Below are positions 9,221 through 18,539 of a DNA stretch of 64,000 nt, one piece after another (position 1 is the stretch's first letter; each line of letters starts with the position of its first letter). The position numbers and the translations under genes are program-made. Source of the DNA: a virus; IMG/VR virus record IMGVR_UViG_3300028840_006907, positions 1 through 64,000 of that record, one strand, 5' to 3'. The notes below the pieces were generated by a model. It ran no database searches. It was given only the letters and a program-made list of their open reading frames with translations, and was not told the DNA's origin.

Positions 9221-9499
9221 TCAATAGGTGTTAAAATCTCTGTTTTCTTCTTCATTATCTACCTCTGTATCTTGATAATACTCTGATTTCATTTCTCTAT
9301 TTTCTGTTTTATTACCAAAGGCTTTTTCAATAAATTCAGTTTTTTCAATACATTCATTACCTACAAAGCCCTCAGTTTCTTTATGGACAGTTTTACCATC
9401 CCATTCAAATGTTAATTTTATTTCAGGCATTGTTTTCATTCCTTTTTTGATTTGCTTCTTCAAATAGTTTGATAATAGTGCTATCATGAATAAATTCAT
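9221..9499 (-). CDS. hypothetical protein (start uncertain)
   Basis: ORF overlaps upstream gene; internal Met likely true start. Confidence 0.3.
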   Translation of the reverse strand: MNLFMIALLSNYLKKQIKKGMKTMPEIKLTFEWDGKTVHKETEGFVGNECIEKTEFIEKAFGNKTENREMKSEYYQDTEVDNEEENRDFNTY

Positions 9500-9743
9500 G
9501 TTCTTTTATAAAACCATGCTCTTCAAAAGTACTTCTTATTCCATGCATGATTAAATTGTAACGATTCATTAAGTCAGGAATTTTATCATCGGATTTAAGA
9601 ATGTTTATCATTTTCTTTCTATGTTTAATATTTATAATGATTGAGGTAATCATAATAGCAATAATAAAAGCCACAATAGAAAAAACTATTGTCATTACTA
9701 TACTTACATCTTGTAGAAAAAATTTTTGAATATTATTATACAT
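9423..9743 (-). CDS. membrane protein
   Basis: Hydrophobic helix VMTIVFSIVAFIIAIMITSIII. Confidence 0.4.
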   Translation of the reverse strand: MYNNIQKFFLQDVSIVMTIVFSIVAFIIAIMITSIIINIKHRKKMINILKSDDKIPDLMNRYNLIMHGIRSTFEEHGFIKEHEFIHDSTIIKLFEEANQKRNENNA

Positions 9744-10134
9744 AAGCTCTTAATACTATACGATCCTCTTCATCAACAGTTTCTTCATAACTTAAACACA
9801 TTGAATCATATTCTGATTTGGCCCTTTCAACATTATAATAAGTGAAAAGTTTCTTCTGCCACTCTTCACCATATCCATTTGCTTCATCAATATGAGCTAT
9901 ATAATTTCCTTCAACAGTTTGTTCAAAACCGAAGTCATTATGGTAATTACCAATATGTTCTTTACGGATAATAATATGACCTAGTTTTTCTGTTGGATTT
10001 CCTTGCCAATCATTTAACTTATTTGCTATATCAAATATCTCAATCTGCTCCTCGGTAAAACCCATTCGAATCAAGGCTTTAACCAAAGAATCTTTATCGT
10101 TGATTATTGTCACTATGTCAACGTAATGACTCAT
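9736..10134 (-). CDS. hypothetical protein
   Basis: 132-aa ORF. Confidence 0.5.
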   Translation of the reverse strand: MSHYVDIVTIINDKDSLVKALIRMGFTEEQIEIFDIANKLNDWQGNPTEKLGHIIIRKEHIGNYHNDFGFEQTVEGNYIAHIDEANGYGEEWQKKLFTYYNVERAKSEYDSMCLSYEETVDEEDRIVLRAYV

Positions 10135-10281
10135 ACATTTTCCTCGCTCTGATATTGTAAGTTTAATAATTTGAGGTAGTAAGGTTTAAAATAAACAGGA
10201 ATAAAAAACCTGTCAACACTTTTTTAATTGAGATCAATTAAAAATTTTTTACCTAGAAAAATACCTCAATTTAATCGATTT

Positions 10282-10761
10282 TTATTGATGATGCTCGATG
10301 GAATTTCCTCGAAAAAAAGGATTCGAAAATGTTCCATCTTCATCACCGGTGAAATATACCCAACCACTGTCAACGAAATTAAATTTATTACTTAAATATT
10401 TATATTTTCGTTCAAAAGCTTCTCTATCGGTATAAATAATACAAGTTAAAGCGCTGACTGTGTGGGGGTGTTCTTCTATAAATTCAGAATCCAGATCTTT
10501 TTTTTCTGATTCATAGGATAAAAGATCTGCAATTAATATAAAAGCATTGTATTTAGCGGTTAATTGTTTGAATTGTTTTCTGAATTTCGTTATATCTTCA
10601 GCAGTAATTAAATCAATATCATAAAAGATAAGCTCATATTTATCTGTTACTCCAAAAAGCATAGGAGGTAGGTTCTCAGTTGCTACCAATTGCGCCTTAG
10701 AATCCTTAATACATTCTTGAGCTTTCTCTTTTAACATCTTTAAATCCATCATTATACGCAA
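10282..10761 (-). CDS. hypothetical protein
   Basis: 159-aa ORF overlapping upstream gene end. Confidence 0.5.
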   Translation of the reverse strand: MRIMMDLKMLKEKAQECIKDSKAQLVATENLPPMLFGVTDKYELIFYDIDLITAEDITKFRKQFKQLTAKYNAFILIADLLSYESEKKDLDSEFIEEHPHTVSALTCIIYTDREAFERKYKYLSNKFNFVDSGWVYFTGDEDGTFSNPFFRGNSIEHHQ

Positions 10762-11786
10762 ACCTTTTCATTTAATTTTTTAACAATCTTTTTGTTTGTT
10801 AATCTTTCAAGTTCGCCATCCAATATATCATCATAAGCAGTCTTATCTTTACCTGGAATGATGTCCCAGGCATATGTTCCGTAATTTTCCTGTACATGTT
10901 GCATCAGATTTTTGATTTCAACTACTTCATCATCATTGAGGTAACCCAAAACATATGCAACACCAACTTTTGTAGGTAACCCATATTTACAGATTAATTC
11001 AATGGGAGCAAAGGCATCATCGGAAAATTTATTTTCCAAGACACAGATACTGGCTTCTGCAGTATGTCCTGCTTCGATATATCCTTTTAATTGTTTAGCC
11101 TCTTTTCGTAATGTACTGGCATTTATATCCTTCTTAACCAGATAATCGACAATTTCTTCTGGCAATCCGTATTTCTGGATTTCCTTTCTTAATTCATTCT
11201 CAATCTCGATCTCAGTATTTTCTTCTTCATAATTAGATAAATCATTTGCTAGCCCTCTCATATTAGGAGAGAGTTCTGGATAATACTTATAGATAGTATT
11301 CAGGAAAAGCATCCGTTTAACAATACTGGCTTTTTTATGGAGTTGATATTGAATCTTCATATACTGAATAAAATTGGAACGTAAAGTGTTATCAGTATCC
11401 AGAGCTTCGGGAGCCCATCTTAAATCAGAGTCAATGATGTTACCACTCTGCCATTCCTGAAACCAGGCAAAATATATCTGATTATTTTCTTTGTCTCTTT
11501 TATATTTGAGATCTTTATCAATGAATCGAACTTTGAATTGATTCATAGGATCATTGGGATCATCAATTGTTCTGACTCTTCGTGCCATCCTTTTTTCATG
11601 TATGATACGTTCAAATCTCTCTTCAACTTCATCCTGGGATAACATTCTAAGAGGTCTGAATATAAATTCAAATATTTGATAAATAACATAGAGTATGAAA
11701 CTACCAACAATGAGGTAAATCATATCATACTGTAATTTATCTGTCTTATTCTGTTTAGGTGCTGTTGGAGGTAAATTACTTTTCAT
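10752..11786 (-). CDS. membrane-anchored protein
   Basis: 344 aa; hydrophobic helix IYLIVGSFILYVIYQIF near N-terminus; overlaps upstream gene. Confidence 0.5.
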   Translation of the reverse strand: MKSNLPPTAPKQNKTDKLQYDMIYLIVGSFILYVIYQIFEFIFRPLRMLSQDEVEERFERIIHEKRMARRVRTIDDPNDPMNQFKVRFIDKDLKYKRDKENNQIYFAWFQEWQSGNIIDSDLRWAPEALDTDNTLRSNFIQYMKIQYQLHKKASIVKRMLFLNTIYKYYPELSPNMRGLANDLSNYEEENTEIEIENELRKEIQKYGLPEEIVDYLVKKDINASTLRKEAKQLKGYIEAGHTAEASICVLENKFSDDAFAPIELICKYGLPTKVGVAYVLGYLNDDEVVEIKNLMQHVQENYGTYAWDIIPGKDKTAYDDILDGELERLTNKKIVKKLNEKVCV

Positions 11787-12096
11787 CGGTTCTGTATTCC
11801 TTTATATATTTTTGTTTTGAATTTCGGTATACTTCTTGAACTCTTTTCTTTAATTCTTTACTATCGATATATCCAGTGGATTTTAAATCTCTGATAACTC
11901 GTAATTTTGATCTATTATATTTTTCGATTTCATAAGTACTGACTGAGTTATGTGATTTATTGACCGCCCAGTCACAGGCGAATTTTCCACAACAGAGTAA
12001 TAGTAATAATAAACCTATTCTTATGCCCATTCCAATAATCATAAAGATCGGATTAACATTCTTTTTCATATTTTCGAAACGTTCATCGGCATACAT
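11776..12096 (-). CDS. small membrane protein
   Basis: Helix IFMIIGMGIRIGLLLLLLCCG. Confidence 0.45.
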   Translation of the reverse strand: MYADERFENMKKNVNPIFMIIGMGIRIGLLLLLLCCGKFACDWAVNKSHNSVSTYEIEKYNRSKLRVIRDLKSTGYIDSKELKKRVQEVYRNSKQKYIKEYRTDEK

Positions 12097-12099
12097 AAT

Positions 12100-12354
12100 T
12101 TATTCCTCTTGAAATTCTTTATAATCTTTAACAACTTCACTCCAAGGTTTGTGCTCAGTTCCTCGACAGAAAGCAACAAAGCCTTCCAGGAAGTAACGAC
12201 CACCTAAGAAAAGGACATATAAAGTTACAAGAAAGAAAGCCAACCGCATAATTTTTTGTGGCACTCTTTTATATCCTTTTTTCTTCTGCTTCTTAGGTCT
12301 TTTTAATTGGACCTTTTTATTAAATTGTATCTCATTAAGAAATTCGTTGCTCAT
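12100..12354 (-). CDS. small membrane protein
   Basis: Helix LAFFLVTLYVLFLGG; 2-nt gap to FtsK-like gene. Confidence 0.45.
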   Translation of the reverse strand: MSNEFLNEIQFNKKVQLKRPKKQKKKGYKRVPQKIMRLAFFLVTLYVLFLGGRYFLEGFVAFCRGTEHKPWSEVVKDYKEFQEE

Positions 12355-12355
12355 A

Positions 12356-13540
12356 TTATCCTCTTACATAATCAGTTACACAGTTAATTTCATCATCACT
12401 TATCCAGGCACCGTGATATCGTTCAGGTTCAGAAGCACCAGGATAAATCATTAACATATCTCCCTTACCGGCCAGAGCTTCAGCTCCATTGCAATCAAGA
12501 ATAACTCTGGAATCATTTTTGGATGATACTTGGAATGAGATCCTTGAAGGCATATTGGATTTAATAAGACCAGTGATAACTTTAACGATAGGCTTTTGAG
12601 TTGCAAGTACCAGATGGATACCTACTGCTCTGGCTAATTGAGCCAACCGTACGATCATTTTCTCAAGTTCTTTACCTGAAGTCATCATAAGATCAGCCAT
12701 CTCATCAACCACAGTTACTATATAAGGAAGTTTTGTATCGGAATTTTTATTAAAACTTTCGATATTTCTTACTCGATAATCAGCTAAGAGTTTATATCTA
12801 CGATCCATTTCTTCAATTAAATCTGAGAACACATGCACCGCTTCTGAGGGCTCGGTAACCACAGGGCATCTCAGGTGGGATAAATTATTATATGACGCCA
12901 TTTCCACTCTCTTGGGATCGACAAGGACAAGCTGGCATTCATCTGGTGTTCGAGTAAATAATATTGAAAGAAGAATACTATTTATACATACAGATTTACC
13001 TGATCCAGTTTGACCTGCGATTAAAAGATGAGGCATAGTAGTCAAATCGATTATTTTTGGATTACCAATAGTATCGGTTCCAAGTACGATGGGAATCTTG
13101 GTATTGGAATCAGTGGTAAAGATATCACGGAAACCGATAATGGATCTTGTTTCATTCATCATTTCTATTCCAACACAAGCTGTACCTGGAATGGGTGCTT
13201 GGATTCTGATATTGGATGACATTAAAGCCATTGCGATATCTTCAGTGATCTTTTTAATCTGAGCAATCCTTACACCTTTTGATAATTTCAGTTCATATCG
13301 GGTAACCACTGGGCCATGTTTAATATCCTGGACAGCAGTATCGAATCCAAGTTCAGCGATCCTGTTTTCAAGATCATGAGAGCTTAAACTGTTGGGTATT
13401 CTATTGGATGAATACTCGTTTAAGAGTCCTAAATGAGGTTTTCTATATCTTTTGTTTTTCTTCTTTTTACATGCATCTTCCTCGGAATTAAGGAGTTGCA
13501 TTACATTTAAGAGCTTTCTGAATTTTGTTGATTTGTTCAT
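12356..13540 (-). CDS. FtsK/SpoIIIE-family DNA translocase motor (alpha/beta domains only)
   Basis: GPVVTRYEL, APIPGT..VGIE, Walker A GQTGSGKS, Walker B VVDEMADLMM; no N-terminal TM or gamma domain. Confidence 0.8.
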   Translation of the reverse strand: MNKSTKFRKLLNVMQLLNSEEDACKKKKNKRYRKPHLGLLNEYSSNRIPNSLSSHDLENRIAELGFDTAVQDIKHGPVVTRYELKLSKGVRIAQIKKITEDIAMALMSSNIRIQAPIPGTACVGIEMMNETRSIIGFRDIFTTDSNTKIPIVLGTDTIGNPKIIDLTTMPHLLIAGQTGSGKSVCINSILLSILFTRTPDECQLVLVDPKRVEMASYNNLSHLRCPVVTEPSEAVHVFSDLIEEMDRRYKLLADYRVRNIESFNKNSDTKLPYIVTVVDEMADLMMTSGKELEKMIVRLAQLARAVGIHLVLATQKPIVKVITGLIKSNMPSRISFQVSSKNDSRVILDCNGAEALAGKGDMLMIYPGASEPERYHGAWISDDEINCVTDYVRG

Positions 13541-13556
13541 AATTCCTCCACAATAT

Positions 13557-13571
13557 ATTATACGAGATCTC
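13557..13571 (-). promoter_or_regulatory. GAGATCTC palindrome fused to TATAAT box upstream of FtsK-like gene
   Basis: Minus strand reads GAGATCTCGTATAAT, then GGAGG and ATG at 13540. Confidence 0.4.
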
Positions 13572-13698
13572 TTAAAGAGATTCCAGGTTTTTCTTGGGGC
13601 AGAAGTCTATTTTCTTTTATATCAAACCTTTACAAGAGAAAAAATTAAATTAATAATCTTTTGATATTATTGCCTTTGTTTACAAAGAAAGGGTTATA

Positions 13699-14712
13699 AT
13701 GAAATATTTAATTTCTCATCAGATAAAAGTGTTGGCGAATTGTTTAGAGAACTATAAAGAGGTATGGGATATAGTTCCTATAATGATGCGGATCTCTTTT
13801 GAGAATCCCAAATTAAGTATGAAAGAGATTCAGGTTAAAAGTAAGATGGAAAATTATGGGAATCTTTTTTCAAGAATAATGGCAGATTTAAAAACTGCTC
13901 AGGAAAAGAATATTGTTTTCAAAAGACCTCATAAAGTTTTTAAGCAAGCGGATGATTTGCTTGTGTTATTTAATAAGTTGACAGGTAAAAAAGAAACCAC
14001 AAGTGAGAGTTCTGAAAATGAGTTATTAGATATTGTTAATATCCTTTCTGAAAATGTCAAACCTTTATCAAAAAGACCAAAGTGGGAAATTGAAAATCTT
14101 AAGGTCATGGATGATATCGATGCCTTAATGAAGAAGTTTCCTTTTACCATTCAAACGGTATTGCAACGCTCCATAAAAAGGAAAGAAGAAATAGAGCAGG
14201 AATTGGGAAAAGGTGTCACAGCAAAAAGAGAAATAAAAGTGTATCTCGATATGGATAGTTGTATCACCGACTGTGACAAGGCTATCAGGAAGCTAGGACC
14301 GAAAGTTGCCAAAGGTTTAGCAGATGATGCTTCCGAGGAAGAGAAGCAATACATGTATGATAAGATTGAAGAGAAGGGGGCTGAGTTCTGGTCTGAAATG
14401 GAATGGATGCCCAAAGGTGAAGAGCTTTGGAAAGTGGTAAAGAAATATGATCCTGTTTTGCTGTCCTCACCAGGATTATTTAAATGGGCTCCTGGTGGAA
14501 AGAAAAATTGGGTAGATAAAAATATTCCAGGAACAACTTTGTATCTTGATATTGACAAATATCAATGGGCTGAACCCGACTCAGTTCTCATCGATGATCG
14601 GGTTTCAAATATAGAGAGTTGGAAAGAGGCCGGTGGTGAAGCCATCCTTTATGAAAATGATCCAGAACTCGTTAAATTAAAACTAAAAGAGATCATCAGT
14701 CAACCGGGGTAA
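13699..14712 (+). CDS. protein with C-terminal HAD-like 5'(3')-deoxyribonucleotidase-type domain
   Basis: YLDMDSCI (DxD-type) and C-terminal VLIDDRVSNIESWKEAGGEAILYEND; only long plus-strand gene in the left arm. Confidence 0.45.
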   Translation: MKYLISHQIKVLANCLENYKEVWDIVPIMMRISFENPKLSMKEIQVKSKMENYGNLFSRIMADLKTAQEKNIVFKRPHKVFKQADDLLVLFNKLTGKKETTSESSENELLDIVNILSENVKPLSKRPKWEIENLKVMDDIDALMKKFPFTIQTVLQRSIKRKEEIEQELGKGVTAKREIKVYLDMDSCITDCDKAIRKLGPKVAKGLADDASEEEKQYMYDKIEEKGAEFWSEMEWMPKGEELWKVVKKYDPVLLSSPGLFKWAPGGKKNWVDKNIPGTTLYLDIDKYQWAEPDSVLIDDRVSNIESWKEAGGEAILYENDPELVKLKLKEIISQPG

Positions 14713-14935
14713 CTTTTTTATCTGCAAAACCTTCTACTTTGTAATGAACTAGAACTCGTGCAAGTTGTGTCGCGCTAACGATTTCAAATGTTAGATTTGC
14801 ATCTTTAATTTTATTCCACACTCTTTGCATTGCAGCACATTCTTCTTCATTTGGTTCTTCAGGAATAAAAAAGTATCCTTTTTGTTTTTTTCTTTTCCAC
14901 CAGAAAAATAAATCTAATAACCACATAATAACCAT
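14696..14935 (-). CDS. hypothetical protein
   Basis: 79-aa ORF, convergent overlap with 13699-14712. Confidence 0.35.
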   Translation of the reverse strand: MVIMWLLDLFFWWKRKKQKGYFFIPEEPNEEECAAMQRVWNKIKDANLTFEIVSATQLARVLVHYKVEGFADKKVTPVD

Positions 14936-14952
14936 CCTATATCAAAAAAAGA

Positions 14953-15168
14953 TCATTTAATGGTTATTATATCATTCGTGCTTTTTTGGTTCAAGAAATA
15001 AAGATTAATTTCTAACATTAAAAGTTCTGTACCATCACAGTAACCTTTCCACCATTCTTCGTATTCTTTTGTTCCTATATCATATAAGCATTCTTTAAAT
15101 GGTTCGTTTAATTTTTTGGTGGATGTGATAAGTCCTTTACGATACGGAGTAAGTGTAGATAAATCCAT
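14953..15168 (-). CDS. hypothetical protein
   Basis: 71-aa ORF. Confidence 0.4.
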   Translation of the reverse strand: MDLSTLTPYRKGLITSTKKLNEPFKECLYDIGTKEYEEWWKGYCDGTELLMLEINLYFLNQKSTNDIITIK

Positions 15169-15269
15169 ATGAAATCTCCTTGGAATGATTTGTGTGTAAA
15201 ATAAAAAAGGGACACTCTGAGAAAGCGCCCCTTTTTAACTTGAAGGAATTTGTGAATATATCAGATCAT

Positions 15270-17330
15270 TTATTCCACAGTGCGAACAAGTAAATATTTA
15301 GCTCCATTATATGTTGGAAAGTATGAATAATAATTTCCTCTATTGAAGAAACTTTCGGTCATAGTAAATTTTACCATTGGATCAATTACTGATGGACCAG
15401 TATAATCAGTTTGTGATTCACCTGGAATCGCATTTTCATATTTATCATTCAATCTGATCTCTCCCAGGACCACTACACCATTATTAAATGCGTAATGGAA
15501 TTCAGCTTCAGTAGAAATTCGGAATCCATTCTTGGTCAGATCCATTTGAATATCCAAACTATCAGTATAAGTATAAGCTGTATCCAATCCAGCACCTTTT
15601 GATTTCTCGTTACAGTATTTTATTGCTTCAAAGTAATTACCTAAACTGTAGGTAGTAGTATCAAACCAGAAATCATAACTGAAACTGACATCGATAGGAG
15701 GTAAAGGAAACCAATGATATTGGTATACATTATTCTGTAATTTACCGAACATGGTAGATTGATTTTTCGATTTTATCTTATACTCACCATTAAATAGGAA
15801 AAGAACTTTAAGTGTAACAGTATCCAAAGCAGTATTACCATCATCATCGGTAACCCGAAGGACACATTCAATAACAGAATCTGAGTTCATTGGAATAACA
15901 TATTCATATTTACTGGTATCTGTAGCAGATTCATCTGTAACAAATGTTCCGGTATTCCCAATGTCCCATTCCCATTTTACAATGTGACCATAGCCATCTG
16001 TGGCAGTACCATGAAGAATAACTGTATCTCCTACAACAATCATAGAGTCACTGTTATTAACGAGGAAAGAAGGTCTGCACTGTCCTTCAACAAAGGTACT
16101 CGCTATAGGCTCATCTTTGACCACTGTAACAGTTATTTGATCTGAAGATGTGTTACCATCATTATCAGTAACTCGAACCACATAGACCATATCACCATTT
16201 CTTTGTCCGGTGACATCGGGAACAATCACTGAGGTGTCACCTGTGCTTGTTTCTTTAAATCCTTCACCATTAATATCCAGTTCCCATTTTGAGATTCCTC
16301 TGCTACCGATAGGGTCAGTGGCAATACAGGTAATATGGATTGTATCATAGATACTAACAGTAGTATCATTTCCTATAATCTGTACTTCTGGTTTTGCATT
16401 TTCTGCACTAAAGGGAGGAATTTCAATATCACCAGCTATACTATTGAAAAGAATATTTGGACTTTGACCGATAAGTTTATCTTGGTTATTAAATACATCC
16501 ACATACACATTATATTTATTTGTACCTACAGAATAAATGAAGTAAACGAAACCACTATAGGTATTACTGGAAGTATTATGCCAGAGTTCAGCGGTCTTGG
16601 TACCATTGATATCATCACCAGTAATATTGGCTTGGATAAGGCTGATTGTATCAGGGAAAAACATAGGTAAGTATAAGTTTCCATAGATATCTCTCTGTAT
16701 GACAAACAGATCCGGTAGGGTATCAATCCATTCACTGATATTGGTAGTAGAGAGTACTTGGTTATCTTTAATCAGATTTAGAGTATCATTAATATCATCT
16801 TGTGATAATCTAGCAAAGACACCACCACTGATTGTGGCATTGTCCCCGATCCGGGTTAAACTTGGTTTACCTCTATCATAGAGACTTGGTGATTTAAAGT
16901 TATGTACTTTATTGCCAATCTTTAATTGAACGATATACATTTGTGCTGATAAACCAGTGGCAGGATTAATTGAATAGTTACCAGGATCAAGTTTTCGGTT
17001 TAAAGCAGTGAAGACATTTTGACCACTCAGATTATATACCTTAATAGAAACCTGAGTTTTCTTAAGAACCGGGAACCAGAGTCGAGAGTTATCATATTTA
17101 ATTGTATTAAGGGATACTGAAGATTGGTTTTTAATATCATTGGAAAGTTTTGATAAGATATAGATACCATCAGCACCGGTAGTATCAGAAATACCTTGTC
17201 CTTTTAATGTCGCAATAACGCCAAACATCGGACTGTTATTGTTGTCCAGAACCTTACCTGTAATATATAAGTCCTGGGCATTAACTGTAATTAATAAAAA
17301 TAAAACGATAAGAATAAAAGATTTGTACAT
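15270..17330 (-). CDS. secreted multi-domain protein with CarboxypepD_reg-like and PKD-like repeats
   Basis: Signal peptide MYKSFILIVLFLLITVNA; GKVLDNNNSPMFGVIATLKGQGISDTTGADGIYIL; two VRVTD(N/D)DGNT PKD-like units. Confidence 0.7.
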   Translation of the reverse strand: MYKSFILIVLFLLITVNAQDLYITGKVLDNNNSPMFGVIATLKGQGISDTTGADGIYILSKLSNDIKNQSSVSLNTIKYDNSRLWFPVLKKTQVSIKVYNLSGQNVFTALNRKLDPGNYSINPATGLSAQMYIVQLKIGNKVHNFKSPSLYDRGKPSLTRIGDNATISGGVFARLSQDDINDTLNLIKDNQVLSTTNISEWIDTLPDLFVIQRDIYGNLYLPMFFPDTISLIQANITGDDINGTKTAELWHNTSSNTYSGFVYFIYSVGTNKYNVYVDVFNNQDKLIGQSPNILFNSIAGDIEIPPFSAENAKPEVQIIGNDTTVSIYDTIHITCIATDPIGSRGISKWELDINGEGFKETSTGDTSVIVPDVTGQRNGDMVYVVRVTDNDGNTSSDQITVTVVKDEPIASTFVEGQCRPSFLVNNSDSMIVVGDTVILHGTATDGYGHIVKWEWDIGNTGTFVTDESATDTSKYEYVIPMNSDSVIECVLRVTDDDGNTALDTVTLKVLFLFNGEYKIKSKNQSTMFGKLQNNVYQYHWFPLPPIDVSFSYDFWFDTTTYSLGNYFEAIKYCNEKSKGAGLDTAYTYTDSLDIQMDLTKNGFRISTEAEFHYAFNNGVVVLGEIRLNDKYENAIPGESQTDYTGPSVIDPMVKFTMTESFFNRGNYYSYFPTYNGAKYLLVRTVE

Positions 17331-17497
17331 AAAAGTAACTCCTTTAATTTTAATGTGTATGATCCATATTACTTAACCTCAATATTTCGAGGACATTACA
17401 AAATCTTAATAAATTATACCCAGAAAATTTCAAATAAACAAGATTAAAGTTTTAGCATTTACTTGTGAGAAAGTTATTGGTAGGTACTCCTAAATGT

Positions 17498-17528
17498 CAA
17501 GGGCACCAGGAAGTAGCCAGTGCCCTTG
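17498..17528. promoter_or_regulatory. perfect 9-bp inverted repeat with 13-nt spacer
   Basis: caagggcac...gtgcccttg in the 310-bp gap upstream of the PKD gene start. Confidence 0.3.
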
Positions 17529-17639
17529 AAGTCATCATTAATCATCAGTGGAGTAAAGTATTGTTTATATTTCATTATATTTTTATGGGAAGGAATTTAC
17601 AAGAAAAATTTTGAATATAAAGTAACATGGAATGGATAA

Positions 17640-18146
17640 TTATTTTTTATTGTTTTTGATTTTTAATAGATTCATTTTTGTTTTAAGTGTTTTTTCATTA
17701 ATCGATAATGCAGTCGCAACTTTTCCAGCAGTTTTAAATTGATGAAATAAAGCTTCAATGATAACTTTTTCTTGTTCATCTGTGACATTTACATGTATCC
17801 CTAATTTCTTGATTCGAGCACGGACTGAAGACACACTGGTCTTTAATGCTTTTGCAGTATTTTGAATGTTATATTTATTCTTTTTCAGAATATTCTCAAA
17901 CCATTCTTTTCTTTTCTCAGGATCTTTTGGTTCTCCTTCCAGGTAACCATAATCGTTATCAATTCCTAAACGTTTCATTTGTTCATAAATAGTTTGGGGG
18001 GATTTACCCAGTGCTTCTGCAACTTTCTTACCGTTACCATATTGATTTAAAAGGGCTAAAAGAATAACTTTTTTCTTTTTATCTTCTTTTTGAATACGTT
18101 CTTTAAAACGTTTTTTCTTTACTTTTGAATCTAATTTGGTTGTCAT
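17640..18146 (-). CDS. DNA-binding protein with three tandem Fis-type-like HTH motifs
   Basis: KVAEALGKSPQTIYEQMKRLGI, NTAKALKTSVSSVRARIKKLGI, KVATALSINEKTLKTKMNLLKI. Confidence 0.55.
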   Translation of the reverse strand: MTTKLDSKVKKKRFKERIQKEDKKKKVILLALLNQYGNGKKVAEALGKSPQTIYEQMKRLGIDNDYGYLEGEPKDPEKRKEWFENILKKNKYNIQNTAKALKTSVSSVRARIKKLGIHVNVTDEQEKVIIEALFHQFKTAGKVATALSINEKTLKTKMNLLKIKNNKK

Positions 18147-18195
18147 TATAATTCCTTTGAAAATTGTGAATAAATATTTAATTTACAAATTTAAA

Positions 18196-18519
18196 TTATT
18201 GAATTAATTTTGTAGCCATCTCATAATAGATTTTGTCCATTTTAGGACATTGTCTTTCCATTTTCTTTAACCAGTCAATAACTGAATCGCTCTCTTCAAT
18301 TGGTGGTACAGTTTCAATAATTTTAAAAAACTTTTTGAAAATTCCAGTACCACATGTCTCATAGTAACCACTATTACCATAATCAGGATAAACTTGGTAA
18401 TATGGTCTACCATTTTTATCTTTCTCTTTATATTCACAGAAATAATGTTCTCCTAAAGAATAACCTTCCAATCCATTCCTGGCCATAGGAGCTTCGATAC
18501 ATAGACATAATTGAAACAT
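18196..18519 (-). CDS. hypothetical protein
   Basis: 107-aa ORF downstream of NAD-binding gene. Confidence 0.45.
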   Translation of the reverse strand: MFQLCLCIEAPMARNGLEGYSLGEHYFCEYKEKDKNGRPYYQVYPDYGNSGYYETCGTGIFKKFFKIIETVPPIEESDSVIDWLKKMERQCPKMDKIYYEMATKLIQ

Positions 18520-18539
18520 CTATTACCATCCTTTCATTT

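Noticed and set aside
13929-14558. Minus-strand ORFs 13929-14150, 14151-14558 and 14285-14470
   Set aside because: Antisense within the better-supported plus-strand gene 13699-14712; Ser/Phe-rich low-complexity translations.
16335-16881. ORFs 16335-16670 (+), 16526-16735 (-) and 16699-16881 (+) inside the PKD gene
   Set aside because: Embedded in or out of frame with the 686-aa secreted protein gene, which has far stronger domain support.
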